Assembly (NCBI GenBank): GCA_963662585.1
Contig: OY759729.1
Location: forward strand, 3,232,031-3,296,030
Reading direction: 5' to 3'
Length of the DNA stretch: 64,000 nt
Source of the DNA: Candidatus Cloacimonadales bacterium
GTDB lineage: Bacteria > Cloacimonadota > Cloacimonadia > Cloacimonadales > JAFGVF01
Shown here: one piece after another, positions 31,160-40,811 of the stretch
How the letters are laid out: each line of letters begins with the position of its first letter
How positions within the stretch are numbered: the stretch's first letter is position 1
Notes under the pieces: model-generated
What the model saw: the letters and a program-made list of their open reading frames with translations, nothing else
Databases searched by the model: none
What the model was told of the DNA's origin: nothing
Position numbers and translations under genes: made by a program

Positions 31160-32173
31160 ATGAAATTATTACTTACTGGTGGTGCGGGTTATATTGGAAG
31201 CCATACATGTATAGAATTGCAGAATATGAATATAGAAGTTATTGTTATAGATAATTTATCAAACAGCTCATATCATTCACTAGAGAGAGTTCAAAGTATA
31301 ACTAATAAAGAAATTACTTTCATTGAGGGAGATGTAAGAGATAAAGAACTTCTCAGAAGTATATTTAAGAATGGTGATATTGAAGGAGTAATTCATTTTG
31401 CAGGATTAAAAGCTGTAGGTGAATCTAATGAGATTCCTTTAGAATATTATGATAATAATCTTAACTCAACTATTACCCTATTACAGGTGATGGATGAATT
31501 TAATTGTAATAATTTAATATTTAGCTCTTCTGCAACTGTTTATGGAAATCCAGAAAAATTACCAATAACTGAGTCTTTTCCTTTATCTGTAACAAATCCT
31601 TATGGAAGAACCAAACTTATGATAGAAGATATATTAAGAGATTTTCATAAAGTAAATACTAACTGGAATATTGTTCTTCTAAGATACTTTAATCCAGTAG
31701 GTGCTCATCCAAGTGGACTCATAGGGGAAGACCCCAATGGAATTCCTAATAATCTGCTTCCCTATATTACCCAAGTTGCAGTTGGTAAGTTAGAGAAATT
31801 AAATATTTTTGGTGATGATTATGCTACCCCTGATGGAACTGGAGTTAGAGATTTTATCCATGTCGTAGATTTAGCTAAAGGACATGTGGCTGCTTTGCAA
31901 AAGTTCAAAATAGCTTCAGGTTTGAATACCTATAACTTAGGGACAGGACAAGGTTATAGTGTTTTGGAAATGGTTAAAACTTTCAGTAAAGTTAATGATA
32001 TTAAAATTGATTATAAAATAGTTGATAGAAGAGAAGGGGATATCGCTGCTTGCTATGCAGACCCTACTAAAGCCAATAATGAGTTAAGTTGGAAAGCAAT
32101 TTATGGACTCGAAGATATATGTAGAGATGCTTGGAATTGGCAGAGTAAAAATCCTAATGGATACAAAAGTTAA
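31160..32173 (+). CDS. galE: UDP-glucose 4-epimerase
   Basis: TGGAGYIGSH, HFAGLKAVGES, YGRTK, LRYFNPVGAH and PNNL motifs. Confidence 0.97.
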   Translation: MKLLLTGGAGYIGSHTCIELQNMNIEVIVIDNLSNSSYHSLERVQSITNKEITFIEGDVRDKELLRSIFKNGDIEGVIHFAGLKAVGESNEIPLEYYDNNLNSTITLLQVMDEFNCNNLIFSSSATVYGNPEKLPITESFPLSVTNPYGRTKLMIEDILRDFHKVNTNWNIVLLRYFNPVGAHPSGLIGEDPNGIPNNLLPYITQVAVGKLEKLNIFGDDYATPDGTGVRDFIHVVDLAKGHVAALQKFKIASGLNTYNLGTGQGYSVLEMVKTFSKVNDIKIDYKIVDRREGDIAACYADPTKANNELSWKAIYGLEDICRDAWNWQSKNPNGYKS

Positions 32174-32189
32174 GGAAAAGAGGTAAATT

Positions 32190-33509
32190 ATGAAGTTAAC
32201 TGTTATCGGAACTGGATATGTTGGTTTAGTAACCGGGACATGTTTCGCTGAGATGGGAAATAGTGTAATTTGTGTAGATAATGATAAAAGAAAAATAGAT
32301 CTTCTTAATAATGGAGGAATTCCAATTTGGGAACCTGGATTAGAAGATATGGTTAGAAATAATAAAAAAGAAGGAAGACTAAGCTTTACAACTAATATTG
32401 CAGAAGCTGTAGAAAAATCAGATATTTGCTTCATTGCTGTAGGTACTCCTCCTGATGAAGATGGTTCTGCTGACCTTCAATATGTTCTATCAGTAGCTAA
32501 AGATATTGCTACTCACATGAATAGTCATAAAATTATTATAGATAAATCCACAGTGCCAATCGGTACTGCTGATAAAGTTAGAGATGCTGTACAGGAAATT
32601 CTTGATCAAAGAAAAGTAAATTTAACCTTTGATGTTGTTTCAAATCCTGAATTCCTCAAAGAGGGTGATGCTATCTCTGATAGTATGAAACCAGATAGAG
32701 TTGTTGTCGGTACAGATAATCCTAAATGCGCCGAAATAATGCATGAACTTTACCAACCATTCGCACGCACTAGAGAGAAGGTTATTATCATGTCTATCAA
32801 GAGTGCAGAGATGACTAAATATGCAGCTAATTGTATGCTTGCTACTAAGATATCCTTTATGAATGATGTGGCTAGACTTTGCGAATTAGTTGGTGCTGAT
32901 ATCTCTGAAGTGAGACATGGTATTGGTTCAGATTCACGAATTGGCTACCAGTTTATTTATCCTGGTGTTGGTTATGGTGGCTCATGCTTCCCTAAAGATG
33001 TTAAAGCTTTAATAAAAATAGCTGAGAAAGAAGGGATGACTGCACGAGTCTTAACTGCTGTTGAAGATGTTAATGAAGACCAAAAAAGAGTTTTAGCAGA
33101 AAAAGTTATGACTCATTTTGGCAAGGATTTAACTGGTAAAACTTTTGCAATTTGGGGTCTTTCCTTTAAGCCTAAAACAGATGATATGAGAGAAGCTCCA
33201 TCAAGAGTAATTATAAAAATGTTAATAGATGCTGGTGCTAAAGTTGTAGCTTACGATCCTGTTGCAATGGAAGAAGCTAAACGAATCTTTGGCGATAATC
33301 CTGCTATTAGCTATGCTGAAGGGAATTATGAAGCACTTAAAGATGCTGATGCTCTTCTCTTAGTTACTGAGTGGAATCAATTCCGTAATCCTGATTTCCA
33401 AGCTATCAAAGAGAGATTAAAAACTCCAATTATTTTTGATGGTAGAAATCAATACAAACCGACAGAATTGAGAGAATTAGGATTTACTTATTATAGTATT
33501 GGAAGATAA
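32190..33509 (+). CDS. ugd: UDP-glucose 6-dehydrogenase
   Basis: [41 protein letters not shown] and DGRN motifs. Confidence 0.95.
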   Translation: MKLTVIGTGYVGLVTGTCFAEMGNSVICVDNDKRKIDLLNNGGIPIWEPGLEDMVRNNKKEGRLSFTTNIAEAVEKSDICFIAVGTPPDEDGSADLQYVLSVAKDIATHMNSHKIIIDKSTVPIGTADKVRDAVQEILDQRKVNLTFDVVSNPEFLKEGDAISDSMKPDRVVVGTDNPKCAEIMHELYQPFARTREKVIIMSIKSAEMTKYAANCMLATKISFMNDVARLCELVGADISEVRHGIGSDSRIGYQFIYPGVGYGGSCFPKDVKALIKIAEKEGMTARVLTAVEDVNEDQKRVLAEKVMTHFGKDLTGKTFAIWGLSFKPKTDDMREAPSRVIIKMLIDAGAKVVAYDPVAMEEAKRIFGDNPAISYAEGNYEALKDADALLLVTEWNQFRNPDFQAIKERLKTPIIFDGRNQYKPTELRELGFTYYSIGR

Positions 33510-33512
33510 TTA

Positions 33513-33965
33513 GTGCAAAGTACTAGTCCGAATGATCTCTATTTCATGCAAGTAGCAATGCAAAATGCTCACAAGGCATTTCTTGATGATGAAGTCCCTA
33601 TCGGGGCAGTACTTGTCAAAGACAATGTGATTGTTGCTGAAGAAAGAAATAGAACTCGAGAGTTGGATGATCCTTTAGCTCATGCTGAGAAGTTAATTCT
33701 ATCAAATGCACCTGAGAAATATCTTTATGACTATACTCTTTATATCACCTTGGAGCCATGTCTAATGTGTGCTGGCATGATAATCTGGAGAAGAGTTGGC
33801 AGGGTTGTATTTGCTGCTTATGATAAAAAAGCTGGAGCGGTAGGTTCTGTTTATAATGTTCTGTTAGATAATCATTTTAATCATAATCCTAAAGTGGCAA
33901 GAGGTATTCTTAAAGAAGAATCAAAAGAATTGATACAAAGCTTTTTTAGAGCGAAAAGAAAATAG
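33513..33965 (+). CDS. tadA: tRNA-specific adenosine deaminase
   Basis: EVPIGAV, HAE, TLEPCLMC, KAGAVGS and FNHNP motifs. Confidence 0.92.
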   Translation: MQSTSPNDLYFMQVAMQNAHKAFLDDEVPIGAVLVKDNVIVAEERNRTRELDDPLAHAEKLILSNAPEKYLYDYTLYITLEPCLMCAGMIIWRRVGRVVFAAYDKKAGAVGSVYNVLLDNHFNHNPKVARGILKEESKELIQSFFRAKRK

Positions 33966-34055
33966 GAGAGTTGCCAGAGCTGGTTGAATGGGACGGTCTC
34001 GAAAACCGTTGTAGGTATAAGCTTACCTAGGGTTCGAATCCCTAACTCTCCGCCA
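33965..34055 (+). tRNA. tRNA-Ser(CGA)
   Basis: GGAGAGT/ACTCTCC acceptor stem plus GCCA end; anticodon arm ACGGT-CTCGAAA-ACCGT; long variable arm; GGTTCGAATCC T-arm. Confidence 0.96.
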
Positions 34056-34068
34056 TATAATTTATAAG

Positions 34069-34099
34069 AAAAGGGTATTATCGTAAGATGATACCCTTT
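34069..34099. terminator. Probable bidirectional terminator between tRNA-Ser and the convergent lipid operon
   Basis: AAAGGGTATTATC...GATGATACCCTTT inverted repeat. Confidence 0.75.
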
Positions 34100-34152
34100 A
34101 ACAAATCAATCTATTTTCTTTTACTTAGGAATAACATTCTGCCTTATCTGTG

Positions 34153-34899
34153 TCAAAATTTTGATTCATCAGGATAAGTATAATAAATAGAAGCATTAGT
34201 AGTGTTACTCCATCTGTTACCATTCTTAGTTTTAAGAATAGTGGCACCATGAATTTCTCTAAGTCGTCTTGTGCTATTATCAAAAACAAAATAGCTGGAA
34301 TCGATAAAGAACCTGAGGAATAAACTAGAAACATTCATTTTTATAACAGAGTAACCAAGCTTAGAATATTTATTTTCCACAAGATGCAAATCAAAGTCAG
34401 CAACCCTAAGCACATTAGGAGCTGGAAGAGTAATTTTAACCTTATCTCCGCTTGATAATTCACTCCACTTCTCAGTAATAAAATCAACAAATATAGGACC
34501 TAATAGTAGCTCTTCTGGAAAATCAAGCAATTTTTCCTTTTCTTTATCAACTGTATTGAATTGCATAAGAAGCTTATTATCAATTCGAGTCAAAATACCT
34601 TCTTCACCTACTGTAGGGAAGCGGGTATAAGCAGATATTATTAAATCATCTTGAAGAACTACGGTATCTTCGGCAGCCAGGGATCTATCAGGCATCAAAT
34701 AGAAATGCTTCAGTGTTAGAAGAGAATCGGTCTTTACTTGTGTATTGTAGTGATAAAAGAGAAATTCTTGACTGTCTTGTCGGTAAACTCTTGCCTCGAA
34801 TAGTGCTTCTGATGTTAGGTTCATAAGCACTATGAGAAAGAGAAAGCTAAATAGGTTTTTTAGGGAACCAAGGAAAGAATGCTGAAGTATGTTTTGCAT
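34153..34899 (-). CDS. Hypothetical exported protein; start uncertain
   Basis: Signal-peptide-like [19 protein letters not shown] followed by a beta-rich soluble domain; overlaps the 3' end of the DUF1295 gene. Confidence 0.7.
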   Translation of the reverse strand: MQNILQHSFLGSLKNLFSFLFLIVLMNLTSEALFEARVYRQDSQEFLFYHYNTQVKTDSLLTLKHFYLMPDRSLAAEDTVVLQDDLIISAYTRFPTVGEEGILTRIDNKLLMQFNTVDKEKEKLLDFPEELLLGPIFVDFITEKWSELSSGDKVKITLPAPNVLRVADFDLHLVENKYSKLGYSVIKMNVSSLFLRFFIDSSYFVFDNSTRRLREIHGATILKTKNGNRWSNTTNASIYYTYPDESKF

Positions 34900-35623
34900 A
34901 AATTTGAAACTCCAAATTGTTTTTATATTTTGCTTCTAGCATAGGTATCCCAGAAACTTTAAGTAGCAAGATCGTTATTATAAGTGGGCTAATTATTGCT
35001 TGCCAAATTGGAGCTACAGAGATAAGGATGAGGAAAATACCCCACCATGAAGCTACTTCTCCAAAATAGTTAGGATGACGAGTATAACGCCATAAACCTG
35101 AAGTAATTACTTTTCCCTTATTTTGTGGGTTAGCTTTGAACATAGACATTTGCCAATCTCCAACAGCCTCGAAAATGAAACCAATTGTCCAAATTAGGAT
35201 TCCTGTCCAATCTATCCAAGAGAAAGCTTTAGGGGACTTTCCCTGTAAGATTATAACTGGAGAGGCTATGAGCAACATAAAGAAACCTTGTAGCATGAAT
35301 ATTTGGAAGTAACTGCGTATTATCCAATATTTACCCCAATCTTTTCTCCATTGAGCATAACGGAAATCTTCCTTCTTTTTAGCATTGCGACTGCCAATAT
35401 AGTAAGCTAATCTGAATCCCCAAAATGTTATTAAAATAGTTACTAAGAGCTGTCGGGGAGTAAAACTTGCTTGCATGAAGAAGTTAAACCAAGCTAAGCT
35501 AACAAATCCAAGTCCCCAAGCAATATCGACAATATCATTTCTTTTACTTATAAGTGCTATAATAAAGATTAAGTTCATGAAAAAGAATACTTCAATGATA
35601 GAATTCAAAATTATTTCTTGCAT
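34847..35623 (-). CDS. DUF1295 / steroid 5-alpha-reductase-like membrane protein
   Basis: [37 protein letters not shown] and FFPWFP motifs. Confidence 0.9.
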   Translation of the reverse strand: MQEIILNSIIEVFFFMNLIFIIALISKRNDIVDIAWGLGFVSLAWFNFFMQASFTPRQLLVTILITFWGFRLAYYIGSRNAKKKEDFRYAQWRKDWGKYWIIRSYFQIFMLQGFFMLLIASPVIILQGKSPKAFSWIDWTGILIWTIGFIFEAVGDWQMSMFKANPQNKGKVITSGLWRYTRHPNYFGEVASWWGIFLILISVAPIWQAIISPLIITILLLKVSGIPMLEAKYKNNLEFQIYAKHTSAFFPWFPKKPI

Positions 35624-35624
35624 T

Positions 35625-37406
35625 TTATTTCTCCGTCATATAGCCAATTGCAACAGTTCCCGGCCCATTATGAACTCCAATTACAGGAGATAGTGACATA
35701 ACATATTCGGGCTTTAAACCAATAATCTTAGTTAACTGAGAAGCATATTCTTGAGCTCTCTTTTCTTCTTCAGCATGAACAATAGCATAACTTAAGATTA
35801 CATTGTTTTTATGGGCTTCAGCAATTGTATTAATTATTTTATTCATATTAGCTTTTCTACTGAAAGATTTTCCATAAGCAACTCCTTTACCAGTTTCGTC
35901 AACAGAAACGATTGGTTTGAGGTTAAGCAAGTTGGCAATAGTACCTTTCAGAGGACTAATTCTTCCACCTCTGACTAAATATTTCAAGGTGTTCACATCT
36001 GTTAGTATTTTTGTGTTCTTAATCCAAGACTCACTATTATTTATAATTTCTTTATATGCTCTTCCTGCTTCAATTTCACGAGCTATTTTCAATACTATAA
36101 GTCCTTGAGATACTGAAAGGTGTCTAGAATTTATTACTTGAATGTTGGAGTTATTATGGTTTAAGGCTACTTTGCTAGAAAGATTAAAAAGACCTGAAAG
36201 CTTGCTTGAAATATGCACAGAAATAGAGTTTTGGTAATTGCTTGATAGAAAGTCAAAGTAATCAGCGACTCTTTGGGGAGAAGGCTGAGAGCTAACGGGA
36301 TGATGTTTACTATGTTTAAGTTTGTCGTAAAATTGCTCCGAACTGATGGTTTTTTTATCAAGGTAGAAGTCTTGGCCAATGTTTATTCCGAAGGAAATTC
36401 TTTGGATTTGATATCTATCTAAAATCTCTTGGGGAAGGTCACAGGCAGTGTCAGTAATTAAGCCAATATCAAATTTACGATTTTGATTTATCTCTTGTTG
36501 CAGTTTCATATCATCAACTTTTAGGTTAGTGCAAACACCTGATTTATGGCAGATATCAAGGAAAGTATCAGGAGTATTGGTATGTAGATGAATATGGATT
36601 TTGCTATCATCTCCAGCTAATATAAGAGAATCGCCAAGTTTGTCTAAACTTGTTCTTAGCTCCTTCATAGACTTGGTGGATTGAGATAGAATTAACTCAC
36701 AGCAAAACCTATACTTGACTAGAAAGTTGGATTTTGCAGGATGAACTGAGGTGAAGTCAGGTATTGGAATTGCAATATTTACATTTTTTAATGAACCATG
36801 ACTTATAAACTTTGCTACTCCTTCTAAGAAACTCACAAATCCTTTAGCTCCAGCATCTACAACCCCTGCATCTGCAAGTACTTTTAGTCTGTTTGGAGTA
36901 TCTTCTAAGGTGAGATTTGCTTCTTTTAAAGCATGTTCAAAAACTTGTTCAAAATCACTACTATCATTACTCTTGTGTTGCAAGGCAATAGCCCAGTGGC
37001 GTATAACCGTAATCATGGTCCCTTCAACAGGGTTTACCAGAGAATTATAAAGGTGGGGTATTGCTTTAACAGCAGATTCAGCAAATTCGCTAGTATTGAT
37101 TATAGCTCTGCGTGGAAGTTCCTTACTTAAACTATAAAGAAACTGGGCAAAGATAATTCCAGAATTGCCTCTTGCTCCAGTCAAAGCTGATTCCGCAATC
37201 TCTACTATAGTATCTTTTATACTTTTTTTATGATAGCTATTTTGGATTATTGCATTGATAGTAGTTGCTAGATTAGTACCTGTGTCTGCATCAGCAATAG
37301 GAAAAACATTTATCTTGTTAAGGTATCTCTGTTGTTCAATTACGGCATTACCACCAGCTACAAAGGCATGATAAAAGCGAGATCCATCTATGTAAGCTAT
37401 TTTCAT
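35625..37406 (-). CDS. DAK2 (FakA)-DegV (FakB) fusion, putative fatty acid kinase
   Basis: DAK2 motifs [34 protein letters not shown]; DegV motifs [30 protein letters not shown]. Confidence 0.9.
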   Translation of the reverse strand: MKIAYIDGSRFYHAFVAGGNAVIEQQRYLNKINVFPIADADTGTNLATTINAIIQNSYHKKSIKDTIVEIAESALTGARGNSGIIFAQFLYSLSKELPRRAIINTSEFAESAVKAIPHLYNSLVNPVEGTMITVIRHWAIALQHKSNDSSDFEQVFEHALKEANLTLEDTPNRLKVLADAGVVDAGAKGFVSFLEGVAKFISHGSLKNVNIAIPIPDFTSVHPAKSNFLVKYRFCCELILSQSTKSMKELRTSLDKLGDSLILAGDDSKIHIHLHTNTPDTFLDICHKSGVCTNLKVDDMKLQQEINQNRKFDIGLITDTACDLPQEILDRYQIQRISFGINIGQDFYLDKKTISSEQFYDKLKHSKHHPVSSQPSPQRVADYFDFLSSNYQNSISVHISSKLSGLFNLSSKVALNHNNSNIQVINSRHLSVSQGLIVLKIAREIEAGRAYKEIINNSESWIKNTKILTDVNTLKYLVRGGRISPLKGTIANLLNLKPIVSVDETGKGVAYGKSFSRKANMNKIINTIAEAHKNNVILSYAIVHAEEEKRAQEYASQLTKIIGLKPEYVMSLSPVIGVHNGPGTVAIGYMTEK

Positions 37407-37407
37407 G

Positions 37408-37926
37408 TTACTCCCATATTTGTGGCATTCTAACTATTTTATCTGTTTTGTATTCTAACTGCTTAAGTTTAGCAATTATGTTATCCCAATCTTCTGTAGA
37501 GATAGAAGTTGCTCTACTCATAATCCAGACATATTTTCGATTTGGGACGCCAATAACGCAATATCGATAATCAGGGGCTAGGTCGATTATTAAATAGGAA
37601 AACCAAAATGGTTTAAATAGTTGAACTTTCCAACGGGCATTGGTCTCAGTATCAACAACTTTACCCTTAATATTCATCTTTGTTATTTCATCAGGTTTAT
37701 CTTGGTCTGCAAAGACATAATTTACTTTTATGGTGCCATCTTCATTTAGTTGATAACTTTCAATTCCATTCTGGGCATTTTTTTCTTTAAAATTAGGAAT
37801 TATCCCTTGTACATACCAATCTCCCATAAATCTAGGTAAATCAACATGCGAAACCACGGGATGAGTGTTCTTACTACAACCCAAAAGCGATATGGCAATT
37901 CCCACTAAGACGATAAGCAGTTTCAT
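37408..37926 (-). CDS. blc: Lipocalin lipoprotein (Blc-like)
   Basis: Lipobox LLGC; VDLPRFMGDWY (GxWY) and YVWIMSR motifs. Confidence 0.88.
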   Translation of the reverse strand: MKLLIVLVGIAISLLGCSKNTHPVVSHVDLPRFMGDWYVQGIIPNFKEKNAQNGIESYQLNEDGTIKVNYVFADQDKPDEITKMNIKGKVVDTETNARWKVQLFKPFWFSYLIIDLAPDYRYCVIGVPNRKYVWIMSRATSISTEDWDNIIAKLKQLEYKTDKIVRMPQIWE

Positions 37927-38265
37927 TACAACTCCTTTACTAATGTTTACTAATAGATTAGCATAAAATCCCAGTAATCCAAATAATTTTATTGGAAAAG
38001 TGACTTATATATAGTCTTGTTTCTTTTTCTCCTCTAAGAAGTCTGTTAATTCTCTAGGAAGGTGAATAGGATTGTCTTCATCATACTTCAGTATCACTTT
38101 TGATTGTCCTCAACTGATCCTTCAATGATATCTCCTTTAAAAACCAAACAATTGTTGAATTGAGTGAGAAGAAGCAAGGGAGGTGCTTAGAATGATAGGA
38201 TGATTAAGGCTGGGGAATAGTGGGAAATTAGTTTTTTATCCAAATATGGATAATCCTAGGAGAAT

Positions 38266-38301
38266 AAAAAAAAGGGGGAATTCATAAATTACGAATTCCC
38301 A
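38266..38301 (-). terminator. Intrinsic terminator for the minus-strand HD-GYP/trmH/dusB operon
   Basis: GGGGAATTC...GAATTCCCC hairpin followed by a poly-T run on the minus strand. Confidence 0.75.
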
Positions 38302-38349
38302 TATCTTTGAAACTTCTATTATATATAATAGCCTTTAATAGAATTAAAC

Positions 38350-39102
38350 TTATAGATATTCATCCAAAACTTCATTCTCATCAACTTTATCAACATATTT
38401 ATTTATAGCTTGATAAGGTAGATTTCCATATTTTAAATATCCTAAAAAGAGAGGTAATATCATCACTATATTCGATCCTAGAATCAAGATATAGCCTAGG
38501 AACATCTGCCATCTTAAATCTTCAAAACCTTTTAAAGACATTCTTGTAAGCTTGTATAAATTCTTATTATATTTAGTAAGCATAACTGGTATAGGAAGTA
38601 ATACTGCTAACCACCACAAAACTAAGATTACTCTTACTAATCTTAAAACTGGGTCGCCCATACATAAAAATTTATATAAAGCGAAAATAACAATATTCAC
38701 TAAGACAAATAGAAAGTACTTAGGAAATATCTTAAAAATATATCCTTTTAATTCCTTTCCATATCCAATCTCCATTATAACATTTTGTATGCCAAAAGGA
38801 AGAAGTAAAATTGGAACAAAAACTAAATAAATAACATTTTCTGCTGTATAACGAAGCCATTCATTACTATAATTAAAGCTGAAATAGTGAAAACCTAAAA
38901 GAGCTAAAAAGATGACTGTTATAGCAGTATAGAGAAGATTAAAACCAAAACTGTAGTTTTTTGATTCTTTCAATTCTTGGTAACTCTCTTTAAAAATACT
39001 TAAGATTCGAAAGTTCTCTTTTATACTTTGAGTCTTTTTTCGACATTTAGGACAGTAGATGTCACTATTATTTATCTGGGTATTACAATGTCTACAACGC
39101 AT
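38350..39102 (-). CDS. Zinc-ribbon membrane protein
   Basis: N-terminal CRHC...YCPKC followed by about five TM segments. Confidence 0.75.
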   Translation of the reverse strand: MRCRHCNTQINNSDIYCPKCRKKTQSIKENFRILSIFKESYQELKESKNYSFGFNLLYTAITVIFLALLGFHYFSFNYSNEWLRYTAENVIYLVFVPILLLPFGIQNVIMEIGYGKELKGYIFKIFPKYFLFVLVNIVIFALYKFLCMGDPVLRLVRVILVLWWLAVLLPIPVMLTKYNKNLYKLTRMSLKGFEDLRWQMFLGYILILGSNIVMILPLFLGYLKYGNLPYQAINKYVDKVDENEVLDEYL

Positions 39103-39115
39103 GCAAACTCCTTTA

Positions 39116-40078
39116 TTAATTATTAAAGTCTAATTCATTTATTAAGTTATAGATCGTGTTAGGATCTAGTGTATGATTCATTTTATCCCTAAATTGAGAC
39201 CCACCTCTGATACCCTTAGTGTAATAAGTGAAATGTGATCTCATTTCTCTAATAGCATGAAGTTGGGCTTCTGGGTCTGATTTTGATAATGCTAATTCAT
39301 AATGTTCTAGAATTATCTGTTTTTTATCAACTTCTTCTGCTTTACCTAGAAAGAAGTTTTTAATATCCTGGAATAACCAAGGTTTTCCTAAAGCTCCCCT
39401 GCCAATCATTATACTATCGCAATTAGATAAATTGTATAAATCTTGGGCATCAGAAATCTCTTTAATATCTCCATTACCCACAACAGGGATTTTAACATTC
39501 TCTTTTAATAGCTTGATATGCTCCCAATTACTGTGACCAGAAAACATTTGAGATCTTGTTCTAGGGTGTAATATCAAAGCATCAGAACCGGAACTTTCCA
39601 AAGATTGTCCATAAGGAAGGAAATTAACATTTTCTAAATCCCAGCCAGAACGAAACTTGGTAGTGACTAATATTTTATGCTTAACAGCCACTTCTTTTAC
39701 AGCTTCAGTGATTCTGCAAGCCAAATCCATATCTTTCATCAGAGCAGAACCTGCCATTCTATTAACTACTTTTTTAACTGGGCAACCCATATTGATATCT
39801 ATGAAATCTGGAGCTAACCTGCTTATAATTTCTGTTCCCTTTGCCATCATCTCTGGGTCAGAACCAAAAAGTTGAACCCCAAAAGGTCTTTGTTCCTCTT
39901 CAAAAAGAGCGTATTGCAGGGAATTCTCCAACTTATAATATAATCCGTCAGCAGACACCATTTCTGAGACAATAACATCAGCACCACAGCGTTTAGCAAT
40001 AGTACGAAAGTTATTATCAGTATAGCCTGCTAAAGGAGCTAACCATAACTTATGATCTGTTAAGGAAGTTATTTCCAT
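39116..40078 (-). CDS. dusB: tRNA-dihydrouridine synthase B
   Basis: LAPLAG, VQLFGS, IDINMGCP, HPRT, GNGDI and MIGRG motifs. Confidence 0.93.
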   Translation of the reverse strand: MEITSLTDHKLWLAPLAGYTDNNFRTIAKRCGADVIVSEMVSADGLYYKLENSLQYALFEEEQRPFGVQLFGSDPEMMAKGTEIISRLAPDFIDINMGCPVKKVVNRMAGSALMKDMDLACRITEAVKEVAVKHKILVTTKFRSGWDLENVNFLPYGQSLESSGSDALILHPRTRSQMFSGHSNWEHIKLLKENVKIPVVGNGDIKEISDAQDLYNLSNCDSIMIGRGALGKPWLFQDIKNFFLGKAEEVDKKQIILEHYELALSKSDPEAQLHAIREMRSHFTYYTKGIRGGSQFRDKMNHTLDPNTIYNLINELDFNN

Positions 40079-40811
40079 ACTTATTCCACATTAGATTAAA
40101 TAAACTGATACTGGCTGCAACAGATGCATTTAAAGATTCCATCTTATCTGAAATTGGAATCGTAATTTTTCTCGTCGCTAAGCTACTATTGTGCTGAGAA
40201 ACACCATTAGCTTCATTGCCAATGATAATTATCATATTTGAATTAAAATTAGTTATCTCAGTAAGTGCTTCTCCACCAAGTTCAGTAGAAAAAATATCGC
40301 AATTAGGTATATTTATATCAATTAAATCGATAATCTTAAAAGGAACAGTATATATTGCCCCTAATGATGATCTAATAACCTTAGGACTAAATACTTCACA
40401 AGAATCTGATGAGATAAATATTCCATCGATATTAAAGGCAGCAGCAGTTCTAAAGATAGTTCCCATATTCCCTGGATCTCTTAAATTATCAAGATAGAGA
40501 AAGTTTCCTGTTTGAGGAAAACTTAATTTAGGTTTTTTAAATAGAGCTACTATATCTTGGGGAGACTTTGTCTCAGTTAATTGAGCAATCGTTTGAGCTG
40601 TTACATATTCAATTACATCTCTTTTACTCTTGTCAATTATAGCTTTTGATTCAATATTGGATTCATTGATGAAAACTACTTCGGGAAAAAATCCATTCAG
40701 GATAATCTGTTCAATAATTCTTTTCCCTTCAATCAAAATTTCTGAAGAGCTGTTTCTAAACTTCTTTTGGGTTAATTTCTTAATCTCTTTTAATCTATTT
40801 TTGCTTAGCAT
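40050..40811 (-). CDS. TrmH/SpoU-family RNA 2'-O-methyltransferase
   Basis: DPGNMGTIFRTA, IGNEANGVS and ESLNASVA SPOUT motifs. Confidence 0.93.
   Translation of the reverse strand: MLSKNRLKEIKKLTQKKFRNSSSEILIEGKRIIEQIILNGFFPEVVFINESNIESKAIIDKSKRDVIEYVTAQTIAQLTETKSPQDIVALFKKPKLSFPQTGNFLYLDNLRDPGNMGTIFRTAAAFNIDGIFISSDSCEVFSPKVIRSSLGAIYTVPFKIIDLIDINIPNCDIFSTELGGEALTEITNFNSNMIIIIGNEANGVSQHNSSLATRKITIPISDKMESLNASVAASISLFNLMWNKYGNNFLNRS

Noticed and set aside
34055..38350. Integrative element or prophage at tRNA-Ser
   Set aside because: No integrase and no duplicated tRNA 3' end seen at the far boundary; at most an old islet.
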